A stretch of DNA of 64,000 nt from the IMG/VR virus record IMGVR_UViG_3300014205_000173; one strand, 5' to 3'. Position 1 is the stretch's first letter, and every line of letters begins with the position of its first letter. The notes under the pieces are model-generated. The model made no database searches. It was not told the origin of the DNA and saw only the letters and a program-made list of their open reading frames with translations. The position numbers and the translations under genes are program-made. The stretch is from a virus. Lineage: Duplodnaviria > Caudoviricetes. Of this stretch, positions 57,001 through 64,000 are shown one piece after another.

Positions 57001-57632
57001 GAACTTTCACTTCCACTCTGAGCTTTTATGTTTATAGAATTGTCTCTATAGTCATAGTATATATAGAGACCGGGTTGCCCATCACGATCAATATGCCTAT
57101 CTTTAACAGAAACACTATCGTATAATCTTTCTGTGTATATGTAGGGGGAAGAAAGATCATTTAAAGATGTTGATAGCTTCCCAAGTGGAGATTTTGTTAA
57201 TGCGGATATATTCCTAATTACTGGAACCTTAGAATCTACTCTAACTAATCCATTTTCTGCCCAATCACTCCATTCTCTTGCAAGGGTTCCCTGCGTTCTA
57301 ATTCTCCAAACAAAGATACCATCTTCTGTTATTTCAGAACTTAAATCTAATGTTATTTGTTGTGAATTTCCAGAACCACTATATTCATAATAGTCATAAT
57401 TAGAGTTATCCAAATTAAAGGATTCCAACACCGTCTCTATTTCTTCCCTAGAGTTAATTTTTAATTTTATAACCTGTATTTGATATAAATATTGAACATC
57501 CTCTCCATTATATTTCCAAACAAAAGAGATATTTTTACCATTAGACCAATGATAATCGTTTTGTGGAGAAACTATTGTAGGAGTTCTACTTTTAATAATA
57601 AAGAAGGATACATTAGTTTGCTTTGAAATCAC
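51060..57632 (-). CDS. Large putative virion structural protein (2190 aa): N-terminal FN3/Ig-like, PA14-like domain, C-terminal beta-sandwich pair
   Basis: GTG start with AAGGAG SD; PTIVSP..FVW..YQIQV..WRIR..WSDW; GSFYIPKDGTYIF..VYLIRGWH; YIS.VFDGG..W..ISW..P.GT.V.FEVRTG. Confidence 0.72.
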   Translation of the reverse strand: MISKQTNVSFFIIKSRTPTIVSPQNDYHWSNGKNISFVWKYNGEDVQYLYQIQVIKLKINSREEIETVLESFNLDNSNYDYYEYSGSGNSQQITLDLSSEITEDGIFVWRIRTQGTLAREWSDWAENGLVRVDSKVPVIRNISALTKSPLGKLSTSLNDLSSPYIYTERLYDSVSVKDRHIDRDGQPGLYIYYDYRDNSINIKAQSGSESSKRYYGLISFHKNATSLTEILGSGSSRVYDSKYSIQNLVRSVYQYSVNKEESSLGPFDDVSADQIVNGKKIFPTLNLILNSADYDDGDSQTVNFVPQGLPTFISNSVYNNQGFSNHPIGFESTENFISTFPAYSRRFKKRTYKFPDETESVTFNSIVGEEYVEVRYPSPYQDFFLIFKKTGTNSNVVDLVAYGQYKDEDEVKKIMVNPSGSITDYTFLPRRGFSVIQNRNNQKKPNDSNNLLFDPSNTTLYTRSNLGVVNHENYSGTLTEDMVYYISPFSYQMFFNLNPTFSKDQALKIYLKEETLQLVEYQKNLKNEGVDPVIQVSYPYVEFNFRPDSDCTSVFTTENNLGSDISLDEVFIGRARVSPRDLFMYEDSPSQKTIYEDIKIHYEDKVKTVTGWGNTELNFNSDITKYNGSVRLHISEFEYIPYYSYGTAYNNLTKNPIPNIYNADPNPNPDNTINWDSIEIKSARVDDSEKDLVILEDLIYTNDFLRFNNTSKFLGQINPYLYNMFKWNSRPENGNIFGKGKILKHRTFANNGVTKTDLNYLNCGYTMYEDGWSSELTYPVSYNQTDRGFFAVADIEDGDVGKKIFLKDFSNHIFQRSIAIDIEDSFSELQQVLDKIYPSTHLSHDRTFVWEGNDIQTENVEITGENGPSWIFNLQEGDDKAEFIQSLISEDYSTQGLFKNISWARTSTIGVSGLYLTVLSSELINEQIDRSVFGYDSLQKESLFLRSEIQNNSLPSGVESYISGDTFELGNIFGFIYPDSDNVVKFSFDVDESTSGIDSIKFLEVDIPVELASGDLESQVSSEHFFGIKTDGVPSKVPIKIQKLNEYAYNYDLNFSSISEDIFSEIRTSRSPIDAVEYYMDNSPDIEYVSMNNSDVLDIETSRTDYGFKRFTHSISVSGGGFKILFFKVKDKAGNESEVYSVPFYIQGSQTISPANVIESATIVADDRLLISKELKTVLSNSYEFWTNLLPTDTKNNRTIVVKDVLVGDNLGGLINHPYVNDLLIGFSDNYGLSYNVYSPYSSIVGWNFKRPISIKVKGFSSGYKGPDWFFDPNDVRHYIPDTAEDYSQGVGENNNIVNVQNFHIPVNPGSTPRTLIGFLDENTENYARSNPVAKEIYNNREEFIGKSLIIGSAQDFSFKILDVFRSNNLSPSIRFDSNGLQTDDYSADSDGGTTISSVLRQKIWILIEDEEGIAATILSRKFQYITEDIEEINFITKSGTGWRDSLKDSFDTENRTVKFGYYPVEDEIPSSVNSIINDSLKITKNITADVDSLVSGDNQTPTAIVGTSDEYIYIDPAEFDDTSSGISSNEGWTTRIYQGYSHIGFISTPQTILDQVQHHQLLGINFYNKLVFGQNYTVSAKIFKVFYDSSLDESYVVLHESGIDYTMRNLSYSIVDSLGNNISLGSIDNEIKNISIDGDLLVVSGDISTILNVDSEYLPDDSYVFNVVVDGLDGIDDSTGLEFDRGWWPKIDGLPIPPIDQKIGSSMSLWNEFNIKFALVSTGSFYIPKDGTYIFKIEKDLYSYSDFSIDFFGKDVERYVEEDGEYVKKITSIYFNSTSGETEKEKEVYLIRGWHTARLRNLTENTFSEESYKNYLRLLYSKPGWEDSDGNYFFVPLVGSNNEDMNFMSRAYRSVFGRIIDKDYSRFPKQDWEVDPEENYIIEEKLLKAVVGFKESPTAEEITSYYNYQAIKIDRDSGDDSRPTISSTIPAETRPTYAGEILEEAQATYISNVFDGGSDFRFWKEISWTSSKPTGTTVEFEVRTGSSEEDLLLKTWNNIGTETVTEILDPFTISGQELVDFSQLSVDNNNNLILKRFIQFKIILKSSIKDVTPTVDDVTITYSKQNSVNFFTTTFNLTSNIVRSILTYNGDIPTSPSGVALSDIQFGISTEEDVNGKVITNFDEYTIIPTNEVFSLSSIGVQSNNKFRIGIRFISTDGSIPSVDEMAILFETDGERDQVKDLIDRVDNG

Positions 57633-58597
57633 AGGTCTTCTCCTTCGTTAAACGCATACGATGCAACCGTTAGATTAAAAACTACTTCAGAATAAATTTT
57701 TTGTTCTCCACTGGAAGCGATTGTTAAGTTTCCATCATCAATTTCAGGAGCTTCATAAATCATCGCAGAAACCGTTCTTCCACCACTTCCAGTTAGATTT
57801 CTTGATACTTGTGGAGTTTGTCTATTTAGCTGAGTTTCTTTTCCCCACCCATCAATTTGATTTAAAGAAATATCTTTGTTTATAGAAACCTCAACAGAAG
57901 AATATCCATCAGAATCTGTTTCTAGTGAACTTGGATTTATTATAACTCCCGGAGACCCCCAAAAAAATACCCTTACATTTCCCTGAGGAATACTATCTTT
58001 CAAAACTCTTGCCCTAACAACAATTGTATCAATAGAATTTGCGAAAACAAAATTTGCATACTCATAACCCCAACCATAAGAGTATGAGGATTCGAAGTTT
58101 GTAACATTTGAAGGACTTTCATCATCCTTATATCCATATCCTAAAAGATTTCCAGAAAGACCTATAACATTAAAATAATCTAGGCTGGGAGCATTTGGAT
58201 TTGAAAACTGACACTGACTACTTGTTGCCGAAATACTTACAGAATGCCCGGTTACAGAAACTTCTATTTGTCCTGTATCTGGGTTGTATGAAGAAACTAC
58301 ACCACTAATTGTTTCAGCTTCATCTATTGCATCTACTGTAATTATATTACCAACTTCCCAACCTAATCCTAACTCAATAAAACCAGTAATATTCCCAGAA
58401 AAAGAAGGTGTTAATGATGTAATATCTATATCACAAAATCCAGATCCATGAACCCCAACAATTGTAAAGTTACTTGTAGTTCCATACCCATATCCATAAA
58501 ACCCTTCATCTATTGTTTCTAGCTGTAGCTCCCACCTTGAAAAAACAGAAGAAGTTTGAGTTGTTAATATAAGGAGTTCTTGTTCTGCTATTGCCAT
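57629..58597 (-). CDS. Putative virion protein (322 aa): split YG module, tail-fibre-like beta domain, Big-1/Ig-like domain
   Basis: GGAG SD; YGYGYG then later LDYFNV..GYGY..YSYGWGYEY; GVVSSYNPDTGQIEVSV; ARVLKDSIPQGNVRVFF..TDSDG. Confidence 0.72.
   Translation of the reverse strand: MAIAEQELLILTTQTSSVFSRWELQLETIDEGFYGYGYGTTSNFTIVGVHGSGFCDIDITSLTPSFSGNITGFIELGLGWEVGNIITVDAIDEAETISGVVSSYNPDTGQIEVSVTGHSVSISATSSQCQFSNPNAPSLDYFNVIGLSGNLLGYGYKDDESPSNVTNFESSYSYGWGYEYANFVFANSIDTIVVRARVLKDSIPQGNVRVFFWGSPGVIINPSSLETDSDGYSSVEVSINKDISLNQIDGWGKETQLNRQTPQVSRNLTGSGGRTVSAMIYEAPEIDDGNLTIASSGEQKIYSEVVFNLTVASYAFNEGEDL
58058..58498 (-). repeat. YG module copy D, split by a ~100-aa insertion
   Basis: YGYGYG at 58481-58498; LDYFNV-IGLSGNLL-GYGY..SYSYGWGYEY at 58058-58183. 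Confidence 0.8.
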
Positions 58598-58609
58598 ACA
58601 AAAAACTCC

Positions 58610-61600
58610 TTAGATCACAAAAGATGATAGTCTAATATTCCAATTAACTAAAGATTGAGGTGTTATGTGATCTCCATCAGAATCAACCAACGGAGTATAA
58701 ACCTTAAACCCATTCATCCTTATTGTATTAGTACCTGAATTTAAAACAGTAACCCTTACCTTTTGAATATTTTTTAATGGGAAATCTATATTTAAAGGTC
58801 TTTCTATTAGTCCAAGCCCCATTGTAATATTGTCTGAGAAATATCCATCCTCATCCATTTGTGTGTTTACAGAAATATTTCCATCATAATCAGTAACAAT
58901 ACTATCTGAAGAAGATCCAAATATTGTTAGTGTTTTGTCTCCAAAAGCATTTGGTCTAAACGAATGTCTTGATAACTGATTTTGTGAAAAGTTTGTAGAA
59001 AAATTAGAACTATGATTATTTAATATAAATTCAATTAAATCTGAACTAAATCCCTCTTCAGATAAAAATTCACTGTTGGCTTCTTCTGAATCCAAAATTC
59101 TAACGTCTACAATCCTAGACTCATTTTTACTTCTTGGAATCCACCTAACTAAAGCATATTCATAATTCAAAATATTTCCAACATATATTGTTTCCCAAGT
59201 ATCTGTGCTATCAGTAACCTCAACTCTTACCGTTCTTGTGTTCTCTGAATTTGTAATATTCATACTTATTCTATTTATAGGTATCTCTTCTCCTAAATTC
59301 ATTGTAACAGAAGAGTTAGCTCCTTTAAATGACGCAAACGCAGAAGAGTTTGTTGTATATCCTTCAATTATACCTTTCAAATCATCTACAATAATAAGTT
59401 CTGGATTATATACGCTTCCCGTGGTTGTAAATGTATTATCAACATCCTGAATGAATGTTTTAAATTTTAAATTATTTAATCTTAAAATTAATCCAGAACT
59501 TACTTTAATTCTTATAGCTTTTGTATACACAGAGAGTCCAGAAAGTGAAACTGTTTCATCTCTATCAGAATCAAAAATCACATCTCCTATAGAAACCCAA
59601 TCACTATCAGAATATAAATCCCTACTATAGATTTGTTTTTCAAATATTGGAATTATTGAGAAGTTAAATGAGGATAAATCATCTGCATTATAATCGGTTC
59701 CGTCGTAATATGCATTAAACCCTATCTTACTGATGTAAATTGGTTTTGGAAAAATAACATAAATATACCCAACCGAAGAAAGATAAACTCCGCCATTTAT
59801 ATTTTCTGTTAAAATATTTTCAACGTTAGCTAGTGATCCTTGAGATTGTACATTTCTATGATAAATTCCACTAACAACAATATCTTTATCTGTTGTTAAA
59901 CTTGTTTCTTTTGCGCCAGAAAAATCAACATCTGTAAACCTTAATCCCTTAACAATAACTTCAGCAAATGGCGACTTAATAGACTTCACAGTATCATAAG
60001 TAACATAGTCATAGCTTACCAAAGGAAATGCATTGTCTTTAATTAATTTAGTACTTTCTAGTCTAAAAAAGTTAGATTGAAGATCTGTTGGTAATGATTT
60101 ACTAAATAACATTATCTTTTCAAATAAGCCTACATCAACTATTCTCTCTTGAGCAATTGGTATTGTTATTGACTCTGGATCTGTAAATAATTCTTCTAAT
60201 GTTTCTGCATGTTTTAAAGTTAATGTTGTTTGTGTTGGATCAACTAAAAGGTCTGGTAAATTAATTTCACCAACTTCTAAGTCTTCTACATTTTTAATTT
60301 CAACAGGACTAAATGCCGTTTCTCTTAAATTATACATCATTGAAATATTCTGTGGAAGTTTATCTCCAACAGTCAATCTCGTTATATGTCTTTTTGGAAT
60401 GTTTGAATCTATCAAGTTAGTTTCCAACGAACTTGTTGTAACTCTTTCTTTTTCAATTTTCATTTCTGTTAAAAATGTAACTCTTCCAGCTTGAGAAATG
60501 TCAACCTTAAATGTATTTACTTCCTCAAGGGTTGAAAATCCGGGCAAAGCTCTTTCGTAAGAAGGTTTATCTATATCGAAATTATATGTGTTTATTCCTA
60601 TTCTACTGCCTTCTGCATTTATTGTAGTTTCGCTAGTTGAAACTCCAGCAGAAGAACCCGCAAAAACCCTTGTTAGCCCCCAATCTTTTGGATGTTGTTT
60701 ATACCCATAAGTTTTATAAACTTGAGCACCTCTATTATCGTTGTCCGAAACTAAATAGCAAATTCCACCTTGAGAAACAAGTCTTGGATTTCTATTATAA
60801 AGATCATTTTCTATTGTTCCTCCAACTTGTGGTGCTTGGCTACCAAGTAAATCTGGAGAGCCTCCAACCATCCAACAATACTTTCCAATTCTTGGATTCT
60901 CTCTTCCAATATTTAATGCAGGATAGTCCCTTAATAATGTTGAAGATTCAAAGAAATCATATTTACTTAAAGTTTTATGATGATAAACCCCCCACTTACT
61001 TCCCAAAAACTCCATTGATTTGTATGGAGCAACAACCAATCCCCTATCACCATCACCCTCCCACTGATTTACAGGAGTAGTTGGGCTTGAAATAAAATCA
61101 TCTGCATTATCATCTATCTTATACGAAGTATCATCATAAAACTCAAAAGCATTATTAAGTGTTCTTCTGTCATACATTATCCATCTAATTCCATGATCAA
61201 AATAATCATAATTAGATATAAGTGCAGTAACATTTTCCTCATCAACACCAGAAAGATAAACGTAATTTCCGATAGTTACACCACTAGTAAATTTACTTAT
61301 TTTAAAGCTTCTTGTGTAAAACTGATTTGATTCTATAAACTCAGGAAGAAATCTTGTTCTCACTAATCCAGAGGTTATAAGATCTGACAAGGCAGGTCCA
61401 TCTGCTGTAATAAGTTTTCTTATTGCAACATATCTTGTTCCAGTAGGTGTTCCATCGTCATTAAAAATAGTTCCTTTTTCATAAGGAAAAACTAATGCAG
61501 CACTTGCATCAACTTCACTTCCACCATTGTCATCTAAGTCAAAATAAACATCTTCTTCATAGGTAAACCAAATTGGAAATTTTCTTAAAACCTTTGTTCT

Positions 61601-64000
61601 TCCAAAACTAATATCATGGGCTATGTGAAATGGTGTTCTATAGTCAGAAAGACCATCATATTTTCCAGAAGATGAAGTCCAAACATGCAATATTTTTTCA
61701 ACTAGCTCCATATATACTACACGATCAGGAGCCTTAAACGAAACCAAACTTCCACTAACGCTCGTTTCGTCAACCGCACACTCTGTATATCCAACAAGCC
61801 AATCCTGACTTATGTTTCCATCAATAACTTCATCAAATGTTAATAGGTTGTTTGTTTTATATACTTCTGCCATACTAGGTTTAAATGCAGTAGAAATAAG
61901 CCAATAGTTATTTGCATAATCTGTTGCGAACACTGCTGTTGGCTTATGCTCTTGCAAACACATATATGTATTTCCACCGCTAGATACATAGTCTCCGAAT
62001 TGATATGTGTTTGACGCAACTCCATTATGTGCAAAGTATGTTTGTGTTGAATTTTCAGCAGAAGTTTGAGTTAGTGCTGTTGCTGTTCCAAAATATAAAG
62101 TATCATACACACTTAAAATAGAAGTTATCTCATATTCGTGTTCAAGACTTGGATCGAATCCTCTACCGTCTAGCCCACCTAAAATTCCTATCCATACTAA
62201 ATCTCCAGCACTATATGCATCTTCCAAAACTGGTTGAACTCCACCAGAGGCACATCTGTAAACATGTCCATCATACTTTATTAAATCTCCCAACAAGTAT
62301 GGTAAGCCATCCCACTCTTCAACAATTCTTGTTGCTGATGATCTTGCGTGCATTTGTCTTGTAAAGGCAGATGTTTGAACCAAAGAAGCTTTAACTAATG
62401 ATGTTCTAAAATCTAAACTATTTGCAATAGTTGAAATATTTAATTTCCATATACCAAACTTCGAAATAGCATCAGGAGAACCATATCTTGCATCACCATT
62501 ATAGCTATTTGAATTTCTTCTATTATTTAATATAGTAAAATATAAATATCCATTTTCTCCAATAGAGTTCCCTATAAATTTCGCTGCCTTGTAGTCTGAA
62601 TCTATATTTGGATAAACTCTTTTGTTGTCAGACGCAAAATCTGGACTAACCCCCAGCGATGAAGAATCTATAACCCTCGCCTCAAATCTTCCATCATAAG
62701 GATCTTCATTTTCAATTCTTACTACTCTAAAATTCACTGTACTTGGAGCAGTATCTTGAGAAAAGTCAGAAAAAGAAACAATTAAATTACAGAATGGTCT
62801 GCATGGTCTAATTACATCATTTTCCCCAGTTGTATATTCATCAAGGTGTTTTGGAAAAACCTGCATTAAAGCAAATAAAGAATCCCCTTCAAGCGTTTGA
62901 GCAACAGTAGTTTCGTGAATTCCAATATATCTATTTGTATATGATGTATTTGGGTTCCCTAGTACAGCAACATTTGTATAGACCCCTCTTTCATCAGTAT
63001 TTGTTACATCATATGGATCATAATCTGATGTAACTTCAATATCTATAAAAGACCAATCGTTTGGAGAGTCAACGCTAGATATTATACCCTTAAAGGTCAT
63101 TTTAGGAGATGAACCTGAATAGTACGGAACAGAAGTATACCAGCTAGTATCATTTGTTTGATATTTAGGGAATCCAATATAATATTTCCCAATTTTAGTT
63201 ATATTATTATAACCACGAATAAATCTATCTTGATCACTTGTAGATGGTATCGTAACATAGTCTAAAATCTCTACCTCATCTCCCGGCTTTTCTAGTGAAA
63301 AATCTATATATGATGGGTTTGAGCTTGTGGTTGGAACTCTATTCCCATCATCATCAACATCAGAGTATTTCATTTCTGCGAAATGCGCCCAATACTCCAA
63401 AGAAGATCTATTTGAAGTATCGTCTATAATCCCTCTTTCATATTCTATTCTATGTTTATCTTCTTCATATCCGTCATAAATACTTACAACTCCAATCTTT
63501 TTATATTCAGTATCCATATATGCATCTGGCAAATACGGTTTAGGAATTGGAGGTAATCTATCTGGCTGAACAAAAACAATAAAACTAGCATTTTCATCAA
63601 GTGTAGGGCTTGCATTTATAGTTTTGTTATAAAAAGCTTTTCCAGAAAGAGGAAGTGTGCCTTCCTTGAAATAATAAAACCTCATCATTGACTGATCTGT
63701 TTCTTCGCTTGTTCCGTTAGCAGAATTAGTAGGAGGTTCTTGAAAAAATTGAACTGAAATATCATTTGTTATAGAAGATTCTTTTTCAACATAAAGAAAT
63801 GTAGAATAACCCCTTCTTGCAGAAGCTCCGGTTCCACCTAAGCTTACAGAACCAGAATCAAAATCACTAACGCTATCAACTTCCTTTCCGGTAAATCCAA
63901 GAACAAAACACCCTGTTCTTAAGCTACCAGAAGAAGATGTTGGAACTAATTCATTAGACCAATCTTCTGTTGATGTTTTTGCTAAAAAAATAGGGAATAT
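58610..64000 (-). CDS. Large putative virion/receptor-binding protein, 5'-truncated by the window (>=1796 aa), with CBM5/12-like and discoidin-like domains
   Basis: The frame of the track ORF stays open for 104 codons upstream of 63688, to base 64000; WDGLPYLLGDLIKYDGHVYRC; YQFGDYVSSGGNTYMCLQEH; VTMNLGEEIPINRI..TWET. Confidence 0.75.
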   Translation of the reverse strand: MFPIFLAKTSTEDWSNELVPTSSSGSLRTGCFVLGFTGKEVDSVSDFDSGSVSLGGTGASARRGYSTFLYVEKESSITNDISVQFFQEPPTNSANGTSEETDQSMMRFYYFKEGTLPLSGKAFYNKTINASPTLDENASFIVFVQPDRLPPIPKPYLPDAYMDTEYKKIGVVSIYDGYEEDKHRIEYERGIIDDTSNRSSLEYWAHFAEMKYSDVDDDGNRVPTTSSNPSYIDFSLEKPGDEVEILDYVTIPSTSDQDRFIRGYNNITKIGKYYIGFPKYQTNDTSWYTSVPYYSGSSPKMTFKGIISSVDSPNDWSFIDIEVTSDYDPYDVTNTDERGVYTNVAVLGNPNTSYTNRYIGIHETTVAQTLEGDSLFALMQVFPKHLDEYTTGENDVIRPCRPFCNLIVSFSDFSQDTAPSTVNFRVVRIENEDPYDGRFEARVIDSSSLGVSPDFASDNKRVYPNIDSDYKAAKFIGNSIGENGYLYFTILNNRRNSNSYNGDARYGSPDAISKFGIWKLNISTIANSLDFRTSLVKASLVQTSAFTRQMHARSSATRIVEEWDGLPYLLGDLIKYDGHVYRCASGGVQPVLEDAYSAGDLVWIGILGGLDGRGFDPSLEHEYEITSILSVYDTLYFGTATALTQTSAENSTQTYFAHNGVASNTYQFGDYVSSGGNTYMCLQEHKPTAVFATDYANNYWLISTAFKPSMAEVYKTNNLLTFDEVIDGNISQDWLVGYTECAVDETSVSGSLVSFKAPDRVVYMELVEKILHVWTSSSGKYDGLSDYRTPFHIAHDISFGRTKVLRKFPIWFTYEEDVYFDLDDNGGSEVDASAALVFPYEKGTIFNDDGTPTGTRYVAIRKLITADGPALSDLITSGLVRTRFLPEFIESNQFYTRSFKISKFTSGVTIGNYVYLSGVDEENVTALISNYDYFDHGIRWIMYDRRTLNNAFEFYDDTSYKIDDNADDFISSPTTPVNQWEGDGDRGLVVAPYKSMEFLGSKWGVYHHKTLSKYDFFESSTLLRDYPALNIGRENPRIGKYCWMVGGSPDLLGSQAPQVGGTIENDLYNRNPRLVSQGGICYLVSDNDNRGAQVYKTYGYKQHPKDWGLTRVFAGSSAGVSTSETTINAEGSRIGINTYNFDIDKPSYERALPGFSTLEEVNTFKVDISQAGRVTFLTEMKIEKERVTTSSLETNLIDSNIPKRHITRLTVGDKLPQNISMMYNLRETAFSPVEIKNVEDLEVGEINLPDLLVDPTQTTLTLKHAETLEELFTDPESITIPIAQERIVDVGLFEKIMLFSKSLPTDLQSNFFRLESTKLIKDNAFPLVSYDYVTYDTVKSIKSPFAEVIVKGLRFTDVDFSGAKETSLTTDKDIVVSGIYHRNVQSQGSLANVENILTENINGGVYLSSVGYIYVIFPKPIYISKIGFNAYYDGTDYNADDLSSFNFSIIPIFEKQIYSRDLYSDSDWVSIGDVIFDSDRDETVSLSGLSVYTKAIRIKVSSGLILRLNNLKFKTFIQDVDNTFTTTGSVYNPELIIVDDLKGIIEGYTTNSSAFASFKGANSSVTMNLGEEIPINRISMNITNSENTRTVRVEVTDSTDTWETIYVGNILNYEYALVRWIPRSKNESRIVDVRILDSEEANSEFLSEEGFSSDLIEFILNNHSSNFSTNFSQNQLSRHSFRPNAFGDKTLTIFGSSSDSIVTDYDGNISVNTQMDEDGYFSDNITMGLGLIERPLNIDFPLKNIQKVRVTVLNSGTNTIRMNGFKVYTPLVDSDGDHITPQSLVNWNIRLSSFVI

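Noticed and set aside
679-62364. All plus-strand ORFs in the track and short minus-strand ORFs nested in other frames
   Set aside because: They are shadows of longer, motif-bearing minus-strand genes and show no recognisable motifs; 679..972 is antisense to the tRNA
63686-63688. ATG at 63688 as the start of the 1692-aa protein
   Set aside because: The frame is open to base 64000 with no obvious SD, so the true start is probably outside the window
1-64000. Alternative genetic code (stop-codon reassignment)
   Set aside because: Very long ORFs are intact in the standard code, TAA, TAG and TGA all end genes at tight junctions, and the tRNA anticodon is CCA, not a suppressor
24791-64000. Bacterial surface adhesins (RTX, T9SS, sortase, autotransporter or S-layer)
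   Set aside because: No signal peptides, GGxGxD repeats, LPxTG, SLH or beta-barrel termini were seen and no secretion genes are present; not fully excluded without contig context

Overview
AT-rich window with every credible gene on the minus strand, tightly packed (many stop/start overlaps) and readable in the standard genetic code. In transcription order (right to left) there are three blocks. (1) About 39 kb of giant, acidic, S/N/D-rich multidomain proteins (>=1796, 322, 2190, 6299 and 2458 aa) with no recognisable signal peptide or cell-surface anchor. They are built from Asp-box beta-propellers, Ig/FN3-like, CBM5/12-like, discoidin-like, PA14-like, vWA and degenerate PHP-like domains, plus small beta modules typical of phage tail/baseplate proteins. 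(2) A 24-gene, ~23 kb glycan-synthesis and tailoring cassette: about 13 glycosyltransferases, Gmd, a ColD-type dehydratase, a DegT aminotransferase, three SAM methyltransferases, a B12 radical SAM, two radical SAM/SPASM proteins and an SGNH protein. It contains no flippase, polymerase or lipid-carrier priming enzyme. (3) A lipoprotein, small hypothetical and membrane proteins, and an atypical tRNA-Trp(CCA) with a long variable arm. The best interpretation (inference) is the structural/fibre module of a jumbo or huge phage with its own virion-glycosylation machinery. No capsid, terminase or portal gene is in the window, so the phage assignment is not proven. The most striking unexplained signal is a tripartite ~45-aa Tyr-Gly module, (YG)n-L[DN]YF[DN]V-x8-GYG-x-Y[GAS]Y..E, present four times in three different giant-block proteins; it is a candidate modification, assembly or cross-linking tag. 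All family calls come from motif recognition by eye; no database searches were run.
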